Source: Candidatus Pyrohabitans jungbluthii
Lineage (GTDB): Archaea > Hydrothermarchaeota > Hydrothermarchaeia > Hydrothermarchaeales > BMS3B
NCBI GenBank assembly: GCA_002010065.2
Contig: MTMD02000008.1
Coordinates: 192,001-256,000 of the forward strand
Direction: 5' to 3'
DNA length: 64,000 bases
Numbering within the stretch: position 1 is the stretch's first letter; the number at the start of each line of letters is the position of its first letter. A program made the translations under genes and the position numbers. Below, in pieces: positions 31,647 through 39,935 of the stretch. The notes beneath the pieces were generated by a model. It was not told where the DNA came from. It did no database searches and saw only the letters and a list, made by a program, of their open reading frames with translations.

Positions 31647-32849
31647 ATGAACGACCAAAAACACATACTCTGGGCCAGCTTTCTCGTAGTATTTATCGCC
31701 AGCATTGCCTTTTATCTGATCAAACCAGCTTTGGCGCTTAAAGTCAGGGCAGATCTTCACGCTACTGCCATTGAAATCACAGCAATTACCTCTGGCTTTA
31801 TGGTTTTCCGGGCAATTGCTGCTCCCCTCGCTGGGGTTGCTGGAGACAGGTCGCCAGCTCTCAGAAATTATATAGTAAGGCTTTCTCTCTTTCCGATTGC
31901 TCTGGTTGCCATCGCCTATGCCTATGTGCCTGAAGCGTTTCTTGCAGTGCTGCTCAGCGCGATGCACGGCTTTTTCTCAGGCATGCTCTGGCCTACTCTC
32001 CAGGTTATTGTCGGATTCTCAGCGCCTGAAGATAAGAGAGGAGCCTACCTGGGCGCCTACTTTACCCTTGCCGCCCTCGGCTCGAGCATTGGCTACGCCC
32101 TCTACGGTTTTCTGCCCCTGAGCAGCACCTACCTTATACTCACCGGTGCTGCACTCTATGCGCTCTCCGCAGTGGTTGCAGCTTTTCTGTTTTCTACCTC
32201 TTACACCCCTGAGAAATATTTTGAGCATAGGAGGAAAAGGGATAAACTCCGTTTGAGCAGTTTTCCACCTCTTACAATATGGGTTTTGATGATTTCTTTT
32301 GCAACAGGAGGAGTTTTAGGGCTGATGAATGAATATCTCTACATCTTTCTCTACGAGGTGCACAGTTTAACAAGAAGTGAGCTGGGATATGTGCTTACGC
32401 TTGCAACGCTTCTGGGTGTTTTCAGCGGCATCCTTTCAGGTTTTCTGTCAGACAGATTTGGCATCAAGAATGTTCTGGTTATAATTCTGTTGCTATCCTC
32501 CGTCGGTCTATTTTCCCTTGCAGTCTCACCGAGCAGGTTAATTGTTGCTCTTTCGCTTGCCGCTGTACTTCTGGCAGGTAAGGCAACATTTCCCATTACA
32601 CGCAACATCGCTGTGGCAGGAAACTGGGCTTTTGCAGGCACCGTCGTGGGTCTCTCCAATACCTTCTCCAACGCAGGCTCGGCGATATTTCCGCTGATTG
32701 CGGGGTATATTTACGATGCTTTTGAAGGTGAAATTATATTCGGGATAGATGGACGAGCGATGCCGCTGATTTTGTCTTCGCTCGCGGTGCTTTTCCTGGC
32801 TGTTCTTTCACCTCTCGCAAGAGAAAGGAAATATCGAGAGAAACCATAG
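31647..32849 (+). CDS. MFS transporter
   Basis: About 12 TM segments, G..GDR and GFLSDRFG motif A, RGAYLG. Confidence 0.88.
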   Translation: MNDQKHILWASFLVVFIASIAFYLIKPALALKVRADLHATAIEITAITSGFMVFRAIAAPLAGVAGDRSPALRNYIVRLSLFPIALVAIAYAYVPEAFLAVLLSAMHGFFSGMLWPTLQVIVGFSAPEDKRGAYLGAYFTLAALGSSIGYALYGFLPLSSTYLILTGAALYALSAVVAAFLFSTSYTPEKYFEHRRKRDKLRLSSFPPLTIWVLMISFATGGVLGLMNEYLYIFLYEVHSLTRSELGYVLTLATLLGVFSGILSGFLSDRFGIKNVLVIILLLSSVGLFSLAVSPSRLIVALSLAAVLLAGKATFPITRNIAVAGNWAFAGTVVGLSNTFSNAGSAIFPLIAGYIYDAFEGEIIFGIDGRAMPLILSSLAVLFLAVLSPLARERKYREKP

Positions 32850-32910
32850 CATTTTTTCTGACCCTATGAATAGCTTTATCTGCTCTAACTATATCCTCCT
32901 ACGCCAATTT

Positions 32911-33321
32911 CTAAAGAAATCCCGATATAACTTCCTCAACATACAATCCTTGAGCCGGTTTAAACAAACTGAGGATTATGAGGGGCAGAAATACTATAAT
33001 CCTCAGAGATAGAGGGTTAAGCAACACCATCCCGGCAACAGCCAGCTTCTTCAGCCCGCTGGGGATTTTCTCCCTTCTCCAGCGGTATTCTAAAAGCACA
33101 ACCACAGAGCAAACGAAAGGATAGTAGATGATTGCGCTAAAGAGATAGGATACCACCAGAGTTATGAAGGGCAGCTTAGGTGGCGCGACGACCTCTACTT
33201 CGGGTGGCACGAACAGGTGAAGCCAGAGGTACCCTGAAAGCTCAATCAACCCCGGAAAAGCCAAGGCGGCGATAACCTTTTTTCTGTCAGGTTTGAGAAG
33301 CTCAGCTATGGCGGAGGTCAT
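32911..33321 (-). CDS. Hypothetical 3-TM protein, probably truncated at the start of a PDZ-like domain
   Basis: Hydrophobic segments; ends GLYVEEVISG, and the frame continues past stops as KLA*EDIVRAD. Confidence 0.55.
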   Translation of the reverse strand: MTSAIAELLKPDRKKVIAALAFPGLIELSGYLWLHLFVPPEVEVVAPPKLPFITLVVSYLFSAIIYYPFVCSVVVLLEYRWRREKIPSGLKKLAVAGMVLLNPLSLRIIVFLPLIILSLFKPAQGLYVEEVISGFL

Positions 33322-33442
33322 GATTCATCCGCCTCTAAAATCCTGGTGGTGGATAAACATCAGAGAACTGCTTTTATGTGTTCCTACCTCCTTCTCTTAA
33401 CGGGATCTCTTCTCTAAAAGGATTGTTATAGTAAATATAAAT

Positions 33443-34119
33443 TCATACCTTATATTTTCTTTGCCAGAGATCCTTAACTAAACTTAAAACTTCATAAAAT
33501 CTTTCTTTGCCCTGTTTTATGTTCTCTTCCGGTTTCACGCGTGGATAAAAACTTTTTCCCAGGTCTTCTATCGCAAATAAAAATTCTTCAAACTGCACTA
33601 CAGCATGATATGGGTTTTGTCTAATTACGACTTCAAGTATCACCTTATCAGAAGGTATCCAGCTAAATATTGGCTTCATGCTTGAACTCACCCATTTTCC
33701 CTCTAACCATTTTTCAAAGTGTTGTATAGTTTTTTGCTTAGGTTCAAATTTGTTAATTTTAGCAATAGCAGAATAAAGTTCTGCAAAATTCTCTGCTAAG
33801 GCATCAGAAGAGGTATATTTTCCCAGCCCCGAGAGATAAAATGGAGAAGGATGAAATATTATTTTAATATTTTGCTTATTAAGCAGCAGGTCAATTTTTG
33901 GAGCGGATACCCTGAACCCAATAACACATAGCTTTTTCCCTTATCTAATACTTCTTTTAGTCCAACTATAAAATCAATAGGATTTATTTTCACTTGCGCA
34001 ACAATCTCCTTATTATTTTCATCAATTAGTTTCATTATAATTGGAAAACCCTCTACGTACTCATACCCTTCACTTATATCGTACTCTTCCAGCGCCGGTT
34101 CTAATTTTATCTTTTTCAT
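33443..34119 (-). pseudogene. Frameshifted approx. 225-aa hypothetical protein (putative immunity protein); joins track ORFs 33859-34125 and 33443-33691
   Basis: The -1 frame is open from about 33940 to 33443, far upstream of its first start codon, and overlaps the end of the upstream ORF. Confidence 0.6.
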
Positions 34120-34251
34120 AAGCAAGCCCTCGGTTTTAGTAGGTTACTAGGATTTACTTCATAATACTTTATTCCGGCTCCACACTTTTTACATATTTCA
34201 TTTAATCCAGCAATGTAAGTTGTTATAACACCGTTTTTACCTAATATACAG

Positions 34252-34659
34252 TTATTTAAGCTTCAAATACTTTTTATATTTTTCAAGATATTTTTCCTTC
34301 AACTTTGATGAAGGGTCCCGCCCGTCCTTGATTTTAATGACCTTCTGAATTGCAGAAGTAAGCTCGTTCACAAAATCTTTATAAGGAACACTTACTATTA
34401 AATCTCCCTCATTGAAATCGAGATATATGTTATCTTTCTTTCGCTTAATTTTGATTGAACAATAGGGTCCTAAAAAGGTATTAAATTCTTGCCTGTTATT
34501 CAAGTCTTCTAAAATAGTGAGAAGCTCACGCAAAGACCCATAACATGTAATACTCTCATCGTTTAAAATGATTTTTATTTCTAAATCGTCTGGAACAATA
34601 AAAGTATCCCACCCTCCGTCAACATTTTTAACCTTAATCCTCACTGGTTTAATCATCAT
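34252..34659 (-). CDS. Hypothetical protein, putative immunity protein of the upstream nuclease
   Basis: Intact 135-aa ORF, ATGA-coupled to the nuclease stop with a GAGGGAG SD. Confidence 0.65.
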   Translation of the reverse strand: MMIKPVRIKVKNVDGGWDTFIVPDDLEIKIILNDESITCYGSLRELLTILEDLNNRQEFNTFLGPYCSIKIKRKKDNIYLDFNEGDLIVSVPYKDFVNELTSAIQKVIKIKDGRDPSSKLKEKYLEKYKKYLKLK

Positions 34660-35274
34660 ATGACTCCCTCAACGGGTACCGGGACAATTTTATTTTTCTC
34701 ATATATCTTTTTAAATCCAGTTTGTCTTAAAATATGTCTAATTGCCCAGTCATCTGAATATCTATTTATATTCCTTCCCGGCATTGGAATATATGCAGTT
34801 TGAACATTACCGTTAGCATCAACAAAAACTACAACAATATATCCGCCCAACTTCTTCACATACATCCGATAACCATTTGCATCCTCATAAATTTCATCAG
34901 GATTTTCGATAACATCTCTGATGGTATCCTCTACTGATTTTTTTATCCTTTCCAATTTCAGGATGTTTTTTAATGATCTTTTCAATAGTTTCGTCATTTA
35001 AATTAACTTCTCTGCCCTGAGGATCATGAATTATAATCGCTCGATTAATAACTATATTAACCACAACATATACCCCTACCGCAACAGCCGCGACTATTAT
35101 CACTTCTGGTGCGAGTAGCGAAGCAATAATCTCTGCCAGCGTAGCGGAGGATGTTACTGTCACACCTCCAACCACTACCCACAGCGGAACCATTGAAGAA
35201 AGCTCTGGATCACTCGGATTCGTCAGTGTAATTGTTATCTCTGCAATATTGTTATCTTCTCTAAGCTCGTCAAC
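34656..35274 (-). pseudogene. Orphan toxin cassette: CARDB-end remnant + hydrophobic segment + BECR-fold (PBECR2/DUF4258-like) nuclease, frameshifted at an A7 run
   Basis: VDELREDNN; long V/A/I-rich stretch; DPQGREV.L..E..EKI..KHPE | I..VIENPD.IY...YVK....VVVFV..NG.VQTAY; removing one A at 34938-34944 fuses two track ORFs. Confidence 0.65.
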
Positions 35275-35314
35275 TTATGCAGGGCTTCACTGTCTCAACA
35301 GAGACTTAGCCTTT

Positions 35315-35339
35315 CCATTCCTGAAAAACTCAGGAATGG
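35315..35339. repeat. Perfect 10-bp inverted repeat CCATTCCTGA-AAAAC-TCAGGAATGG, next to hairpin GTCTC-AACA-GAGAC (35292-35305)
   Basis: Read directly; lies at the junction between two cassettes. Confidence 0.8.
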
Positions 35340-36091
35340 GTTTCTCGTTCTCTAATGATTAATTCTCGCCTTAAGTTGATACGTGTTTTGAAGTCGCCAA
35401 GTTTTTTAAAAATTTCCGGATTCTCTTCAACATAAAATACGCCTTTTTCATATCCGCTAACAACTAATTCCTCAACGAAATCCTTAACAAAATAATTGTA
35501 GTCGAGTTCATTAATTATGGCAAGCGCTCCCTGCTTGCTTTTTCCTAAATATTCCTTGGCTTTATTACAGTGTTCTAATGCGTTCTCGTATTCCTTGAGC
35601 TTTTGGTAAACCATAGCAAGCATTTCGCAATAGAGGCCGGCATCACCGTAAAATAGTTTGTTAGTTGCAGCTTTCCTCTCATAACTTCTTAATTTGATAT
35701 CCAAAAAGTCAATTACTTTTTGATAAATTTTTTTAGCTTGTTCTTTTTTATTTAATTGTGAGTAGATATCACCAATTCTTTTTCTTGTCCAGTTTATATG
35801 AAATTCTATTCCTGGAGCTGTATATGTTTCTTCTGTAAGTGCAAATACAACAATACTTTTTTCATACGCTTCTATAACTTTTTCAAAGAGTTTCTTCGCT
35901 TCTTCTAATTTTCCCATTTTATTATAACAAAATGCAGCTGCTTTAAAAAATTCAGCAGCCCATATATATCCAAGATAGCTGTCTTCAGCATCTTTGTATT
36001 CCTCTTTTGCATACTCTAAGTATATCTTTGCTGCCTTTTCATACTCTCCTTTTTTTTCATATTGAGCAGTATTCACATTTTTATTTGTCAT
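35330..36091 (-). CDS. TPR/SNAP-like alpha-helical repeat protein (putative immunity protein)
   Basis: Repeated A..Y..A helical pattern (GEYEKAAKIY, AAFCYNKMG.LEEA, LAMVYQKL.EYENA); AGGAGAGG SD. Confidence 0.7.
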   Translation of the reverse strand: MTNKNVNTAQYEKKGEYEKAAKIYLEYAKEEYKDAEDSYLGYIWAAEFFKAAAFCYNKMGKLEEAKKLFEKVIEAYEKSIVVFALTEETYTAPGIEFHINWTRKRIGDIYSQLNKKEQAKKIYQKVIDFLDIKLRSYERKAATNKLFYGDAGLYCEMLAMVYQKLKEYENALEHCNKAKEYLGKSKQGALAIINELDYNYFVKDFVEELVVSGYEKGVFYVEENPEIFKKLGDFKTRINLRRELIIRERETHS

Positions 36092-36101
36092 TTTTCCTCT
36101 C

Positions 36102-36300
36102 CTAACAACCTATGTTCTCAGGCACGACCCCTATTTTTGGATCTCTCAATGCCTTTTCCAAATTTTGATCTATTCTGCCCTTATATTTCGTATAATCTTG
36201 GTTTTTTAGCCACCTTGCTATTTCTTTCCACTTTTTTGGGCTTTTTAGCCCTTCTTTTCATGAAAGCCTTCCATCCTACTATCCTCTGCCCTCTATAATC
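36102..36300 (-). pseudogene. Start-less, frameshifted C-terminal protein remnant upstream of the TPR gene (putative toxin tip)
   Basis: DYRGQRIVGWKAFMKRRAKKP | KKWKEIARWLKNQDYTKYKGRIDQNLEKALRDPKIGVVPENIGC*, broken at an A6 run (36232-36237); stop is 10 nt before the TPR ATG. Confidence 0.45.
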
Positions 36301-36306
36301 AACCGA

Positions 36307-36394
36307 TATTTATACTTTTTTGGAAATTTCCTTCAAATAAATCGAACAATTTCAATTTAGTAACCTTCTGTTATTGTAGCAAATTTACAATAAC
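36307..36394 (-). promoter_or_regulatory. BRE/TATA (CAAAAAAGTATAAATA) pointing into the island, plus 9-bp inverted repeat GTTATTGTA-N7-TACAATAAC (36370-36394)
   Basis: Archaeal promoter consensus and perfect palindrome read directly. Confidence 0.5.
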
Positions 36395-36400
36395 CATCTT

Positions 36401-37501
36401 CTACAACTCCCACCTCTTAAATACCCTCAGCTTAAAGCAGGAAAGCTGCGGCTTTTGTATGCCTTTATACTGCACCAGAACCTTGAAAATCTCACCCATG
36501 CTGCCCGGCATTATGAGCCTCTTCAGCGGTAGAAGCGTTCTGAGATAGGCTTCTTCTCCCTTCTCCTCCCGAAGCTTCAGCATCTCCTGCTCCAAGCCAA
36601 GACCGAGCAGAAAGCTTGCTAAGTCTGTGAAGCCCGCCACCTTTAGCTTAGCCTTCTCGCCAAAGTGCGCCAGCGCCGAGAAGTTCACATGTGAGGTAAT
36701 GTCCTGCTCACCTATGTTGACGTAAGGGTTGGCGATGGCGCGGTGGCGGTGGTAGCACATCAGCGTGCCCGCGCTGCGATAGCTTGCGTAAAGCTCACTG
36801 CTCGGATAGCCGTAGTCTATTGTGAGCAGAAAGCCGCGCTTCAGCACCTGCGAAACCTCGCCGAGCCAGCGCAGTGCTTCCAGGTTAACCTCCGTGCGGA
36901 AGCCGTCGGGAAGGGCAACGCCCAGCTCGCGGAAGTAGCTCTTGAGCTCATCCCCAGCCGGCATCAGCACCTCCTTAAACCCATTTTCGTCAAGGGTAAC
37001 GTACACCTCGTGAAGCTCGCCCTCTCGCACTTCCACCACATGCACGGGAAAAGCGTCCACGAGTTCGTTGGAGAAGATGCATCCCTCCACTTTGCGAAGC
37101 TCTCGCAGAGATTCGACGATCTCCACGCTGTAGTCTTTAAGTGCTGAGCGCTGCATGCGCCTCATGCTGGGAGAACGCTCCACTATGACGTAGCGTACCT
37201 CGCAGCTCAGCGAAGAGAGCACATCCCGGGCGAGCGCACCAGTGCCCGCGCCCATCTCCACCAGGGTAAACTCATCGCTTTCGAGAAGGTGACGCATCTC
37301 CTCAAACTGTTTGGCAAGCATAACGCCGAAGAGGCGGGAAACGTTGGCTGCGGTGAAGTAATCTCCCTGCTTTCCTATCTTCTCCTTCGCTGAGCAATAG
37401 TAGCCATAGCGCTCGTGGTATAGTGCAAGCTCCATGAAGTCCCGGAAGGGTATTGCACCTCGCTTCCTTATCTCCTCTACTATAACCTCGCGCGCACTCA
37501 T
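36401..37501 (-). CDS. MidA/NDUFAF7-family SAM-dependent methyltransferase
   Basis: FMELALY..YGYY, GDYFTA, EMGAGTG, SNELVDAFP, IDYG, QDITSHVNF, MGEIFKV. Confidence 0.92.
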   Translation of the reverse strand: MSAREVIVEEIRKRGAIPFRDFMELALYHERYGYYCSAKEKIGKQGDYFTAANVSRLFGVMLAKQFEEMRHLLESDEFTLVEMGAGTGALARDVLSSLSCEVRYVIVERSPSMRRMQRSALKDYSVEIVESLRELRKVEGCIFSNELVDAFPVHVVEVREGELHEVYVTLDENGFKEVLMPAGDELKSYFRELGVALPDGFRTEVNLEALRWLGEVSQVLKRGFLLTIDYGYPSSELYASYRSAGTLMCYHRHRAIANPYVNIGEQDITSHVNFSALAHFGEKAKLKVAGFTDLASFLLGLGLEQEMLKLREEKGEEAYLRTLLPLKRLIMPGSMGEIFKVLVQYKGIQKPQLSCFKLRVFKRWEL

Positions 37502-38121
37502 TGCAACCTCGCCTTACCCACGAGCGTTGAGAAGGTTATCTTCCCCCCACCCTCTTTAAAGTACCTGAGCAACCTCTCCCATTTCTCCGGATTCCACTTC
37601 CTCTTAAAGCTGATGAAATAGGTTAAAGCGTCCTCATAGGAATCAAAGTAAACAACCTCCTTCTCCACCAGCAGGTGCTCCACAGCAAACCCATTTTCAG
37701 CGAGGAGCGTCTTCATCCTCCGCCTGGAGTACGCGAATCTAGAACGCCACCCTATCTCCTTAAGGTTCTCCTCCTCTATGCACGCGAAGCACAAGCACTC
37801 CCCCTGCTCAAGCGCCTCCGCCGACTTAACCACGACTGCATCGTCCATAAAAAAGTGTGCCGTAACCATGTCTGGAGCAAAGGCAGAGTAATCGCACTTC
37901 AAAGCGTCGCAGGTGCAGAAGGCCACATTTGTTATGCCCCCGCGTTCAGCCTTTCTTTTCGCTTCCTCAATCGCCTCTTCCGCAACATCTATCCCCACAA
38001 CAAAACCTGCGAGAGGGGCAAGCTTCAGCGCAAGCGCCCCGCTCCCACAGCCCACATCTAAAATGCGCATACTCGCAAGAGTCTCTTCTCTGATAAGCTC
38101 CAGAAGCTTTTGATTTACCAT
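37498..38121 (-). CDS. Class I SAM-dependent methyltransferase
   Basis: ILDVGCGSG motif I, GID; ATGA-coupled to the MidA-like gene. Confidence 0.88.
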   Translation of the reverse strand: MVNQKLLELIREETLASMRILDVGCGSGALALKLAPLAGFVVGIDVAEEAIEEAKRKAERGGITNVAFCTCDALKCDYSAFAPDMVTAHFFMDDAVVVKSAEALEQGECLCFACIEEENLKEIGWRSRFAYSRRRMKTLLAENGFAVEHLLVEKEVVYFDSYEDALTYFISFKRKWNPEKWERLLRYFKEGGGKITFSTLVGKARLQ

Positions 38122-38183
38122 AGTAAAGTAGCACAAAACTACCGAAGTAAGGTTTTGTAAATTTTTAGAAAGAAACCTCTCAC

Positions 38184-38204
38184 GGTTTCATTAAAAATGA
38201 AACC
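38184..38204. promoter_or_regulatory. Perfect 9-bp inverted repeat GGTTTCATT-AAA-AATGAAACC upstream of the histone promoter
   Basis: Read directly; about 20 nt upstream of the BRE/TATA-like GAAAGATTTAT. Confidence 0.55.
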
Positions 38205-38269
38205 ACACTCAAAAACAGGCGAAAGATTTATCTTTAATGAGGTGGAATCAAATTGTGAGGTGATTATTT

Positions 38270-38470
38270 ATGGGAGAACTGCCAGTATCTGCATGCGGTA
38301 GAATAATAAGAAACGCAACAAACATGCGCGTGGGAAGAGACGCTGCTGTTGTTTTAGCTGAGATGCTTGAGGAGATAGGTGAGGAGATAGCCTCAGAGGC
38401 AGGGAAACTGGCTAAACATGCAAAAAGAAAGACAGTGAAAGCCTCTGATATAAAACTGGCTATTAAGTAA
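38270..38470 (+). CDS. Archaeal histone (HMf family)
   Basis: MGELP...[22 protein letters not shown]. Confidence 0.96.
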   Translation: MGELPVSACGRIIRNATNMRVGRDAAVVLAEMLEEIGEEIASEAGKLAKHAKRKTVKASDIKLAIK

Positions 38471-38495
38471 ATTATGGAATCTACGTCACCCGGAA

Positions 38496-39296
38496 CTATG
38501 TCCCGGGTAACCAGGCACCCATTACATCGTCTCTATCTATTATCCCCACTACTTTTTTATCTTCTGCCACCGGAAGGCGGCCTATCTGCTTTTCAACCAT
38601 AATTTTCCCAGCTTCGCGTACATCAGTTTCTTTGTAAACTGTAACCGCCGGCGTCGTCATTACCTTCTCAACGCTTGGCGGATTTCTGGCTTTGCCTTTG
38701 TCACCCTCCCGCGATATCCTCGCAAATCCCGAGTCTATTATATCCTTTCTGGTAATTATTCCGATTATCTCCCCATTTTTAACCACAGGCATGCCGGAAA
38801 AGCCGGTGTCGTCCATTTTCGCCCAAACCTTGGTTACAGGGTCGTCGTAGCTGCAAGTCACAACCTCTTCTGTCATGATGTCCACGACCCTCTTTTTGAT
38901 GGGCTCATGTCCACTCTCAAGAAGTGCTTTGATGATGTCGTGAGCACTTATTATCCCACGAAGGGTTGAATCCGTAGCCGAGGCGACCACTGGCAGGCGC
39001 TCTACATCCATACGTATCATCCTATCTGCCGCGTCCAGGATGCCCTCCTCCGGCAGAGCGGTAGCCACGCTTGTTGACATTAGCCCGCCCACGAGGAGAT
39101 TTGACCTGCTGGAAGATATCCTCATTATATCTCCACGGGTTATTATCCCTATAAGCCTGCCGTCGCTGTCAACCACGGGAAAGCTCCTGTATCCGTAGTC
39201 TCTGAAGAGAGCTCTAGCCTTCGTGGCTGGTTCATCCTCATGCACAGTTACCACGCTGGTGGTCATTACGTCTTTAACCTTCGGAAGCTCGCTCAA
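38496..39296 (-). CDS. Four-CBS-domain protein
   Basis: Four V.DVMT...PVV...GII repeats. Confidence 0.92.
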   Translation of the reverse strand: MSELPKVKDVMTTSVVTVHEDEPATKARALFRDYGYRSFPVVDSDGRLIGIITRGDIMRISSSRSNLLVGGLMSTSVATALPEEGILDAADRMIRMDVERLPVVASATDSTLRGIISAHDIIKALLESGHEPIKKRVVDIMTEEVVTCSYDDPVTKVWAKMDDTGFSGMPVVKNGEIIGIITRKDIIDSGFARISREGDKGKARNPPSVEKVMTTPAVTVYKETDVREAGKIMVEKQIGRLPVAEDKKVVGIIDRDDVMGAWLPGT

Positions 39297-39308
39297 CTTG
39301 ATGCCCCC

Positions 39309-39863
39309 TCACTCACCCATGAACTCTTCCTTGCAGCTCTCGCACACAAAAATACCGTTCACCTCGTAGAGGGTTACGCCGAAGTCACCGCAGTTCTCAC
39401 AGGTGCCCTTCTCTGGCACTTCCTTGGGCATGCCCTCGCCCTCCTGCTTCATTGCCACAAGTTCGCGAAGCACCTCTATCTGCTCAGGGGCTATGGCGAG
39501 TATATCTTTGTTGGTGATTATCCCCACAAGCTTCCCGTTATCTATAACAGGAAGTCGGCGGATGTTGTACTTTGCCATTATCCTTGATGCTTCTGTGAGG
39601 GTTTTATCTGGCGAAATGGTGCGAAGATTTTTGCTCATTATGTCCTTAACCTTTACAAGAGAGGGTTTCAGATCAGTGGCAGCGACGCAGTAGGCAACAT
39701 CTCGCTCTGTAATAATGCCTATGGGCTTCTCTCCCTGAACCACTACCACGCTTCCTATATTGTTGTCGGCCATAAGCTTAGCTGCTTCCTGAACTGTGGC
39801 ATTTGCATCGATGGTTACCACGGGTCGGGTCATAGCTTCCCTGACCTTGACCTCTGTATCCAT
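39309..39863 (-). CDS. CBS-pair protein with C-terminal Zn ribbon
   Basis: Two CBS repeats, GTCENCG...VCESC. Confidence 0.92.
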   Translation of the reverse strand: MDTEVKVREAMTRPVVTIDANATVQEAAKLMADNNIGSVVVVQGEKPIGIITERDVAYCVAATDLKPSLVKVKDIMSKNLRTISPDKTLTEASRIMAKYNIRRLPVIDNGKLVGIITNKDILAIAPEQIEVLRELVAMKQEGEGMPKEVPEKGTCENCGDFGVTLYEVNGIFVCESCKEEFMGE

Positions 39864-39935
39864 AGCTTTACCTCCTTCTACGATTGTGGATTTATGTATG
39901 GGATATAAATATTTTGTTCTCAGAAATATAAAAGC

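Larger units (their letters stand above)
33330..36400 (-). other. AT-rich island: putative decaying polymorphic toxin-tip/immunity cassette array
   Basis: Sharp drop in GC versus flanks; co-oriented short ORFs; frameshifted BECR-like nuclease; ATGA-coupled downstream genes. Confidence 0.65.

Noticed and set aside
34656-34997. Simple type II toxin-antitoxin pair
   Set aside because: The nuclease is fused upstream to a hydrophobic segment and CARDB remnant, and the partner lacks an obvious DNA-binding antitoxin motif; a polymorphic-toxin cassette fits better, though TA is not fully excluded
33330-36400. Provirus, integrative element or IS as the explanation for the AT-rich island
   Set aside because: No integrase, transposase, capsid or replication gene, no adjacent tRNA, and no flanking direct repeats found by eye
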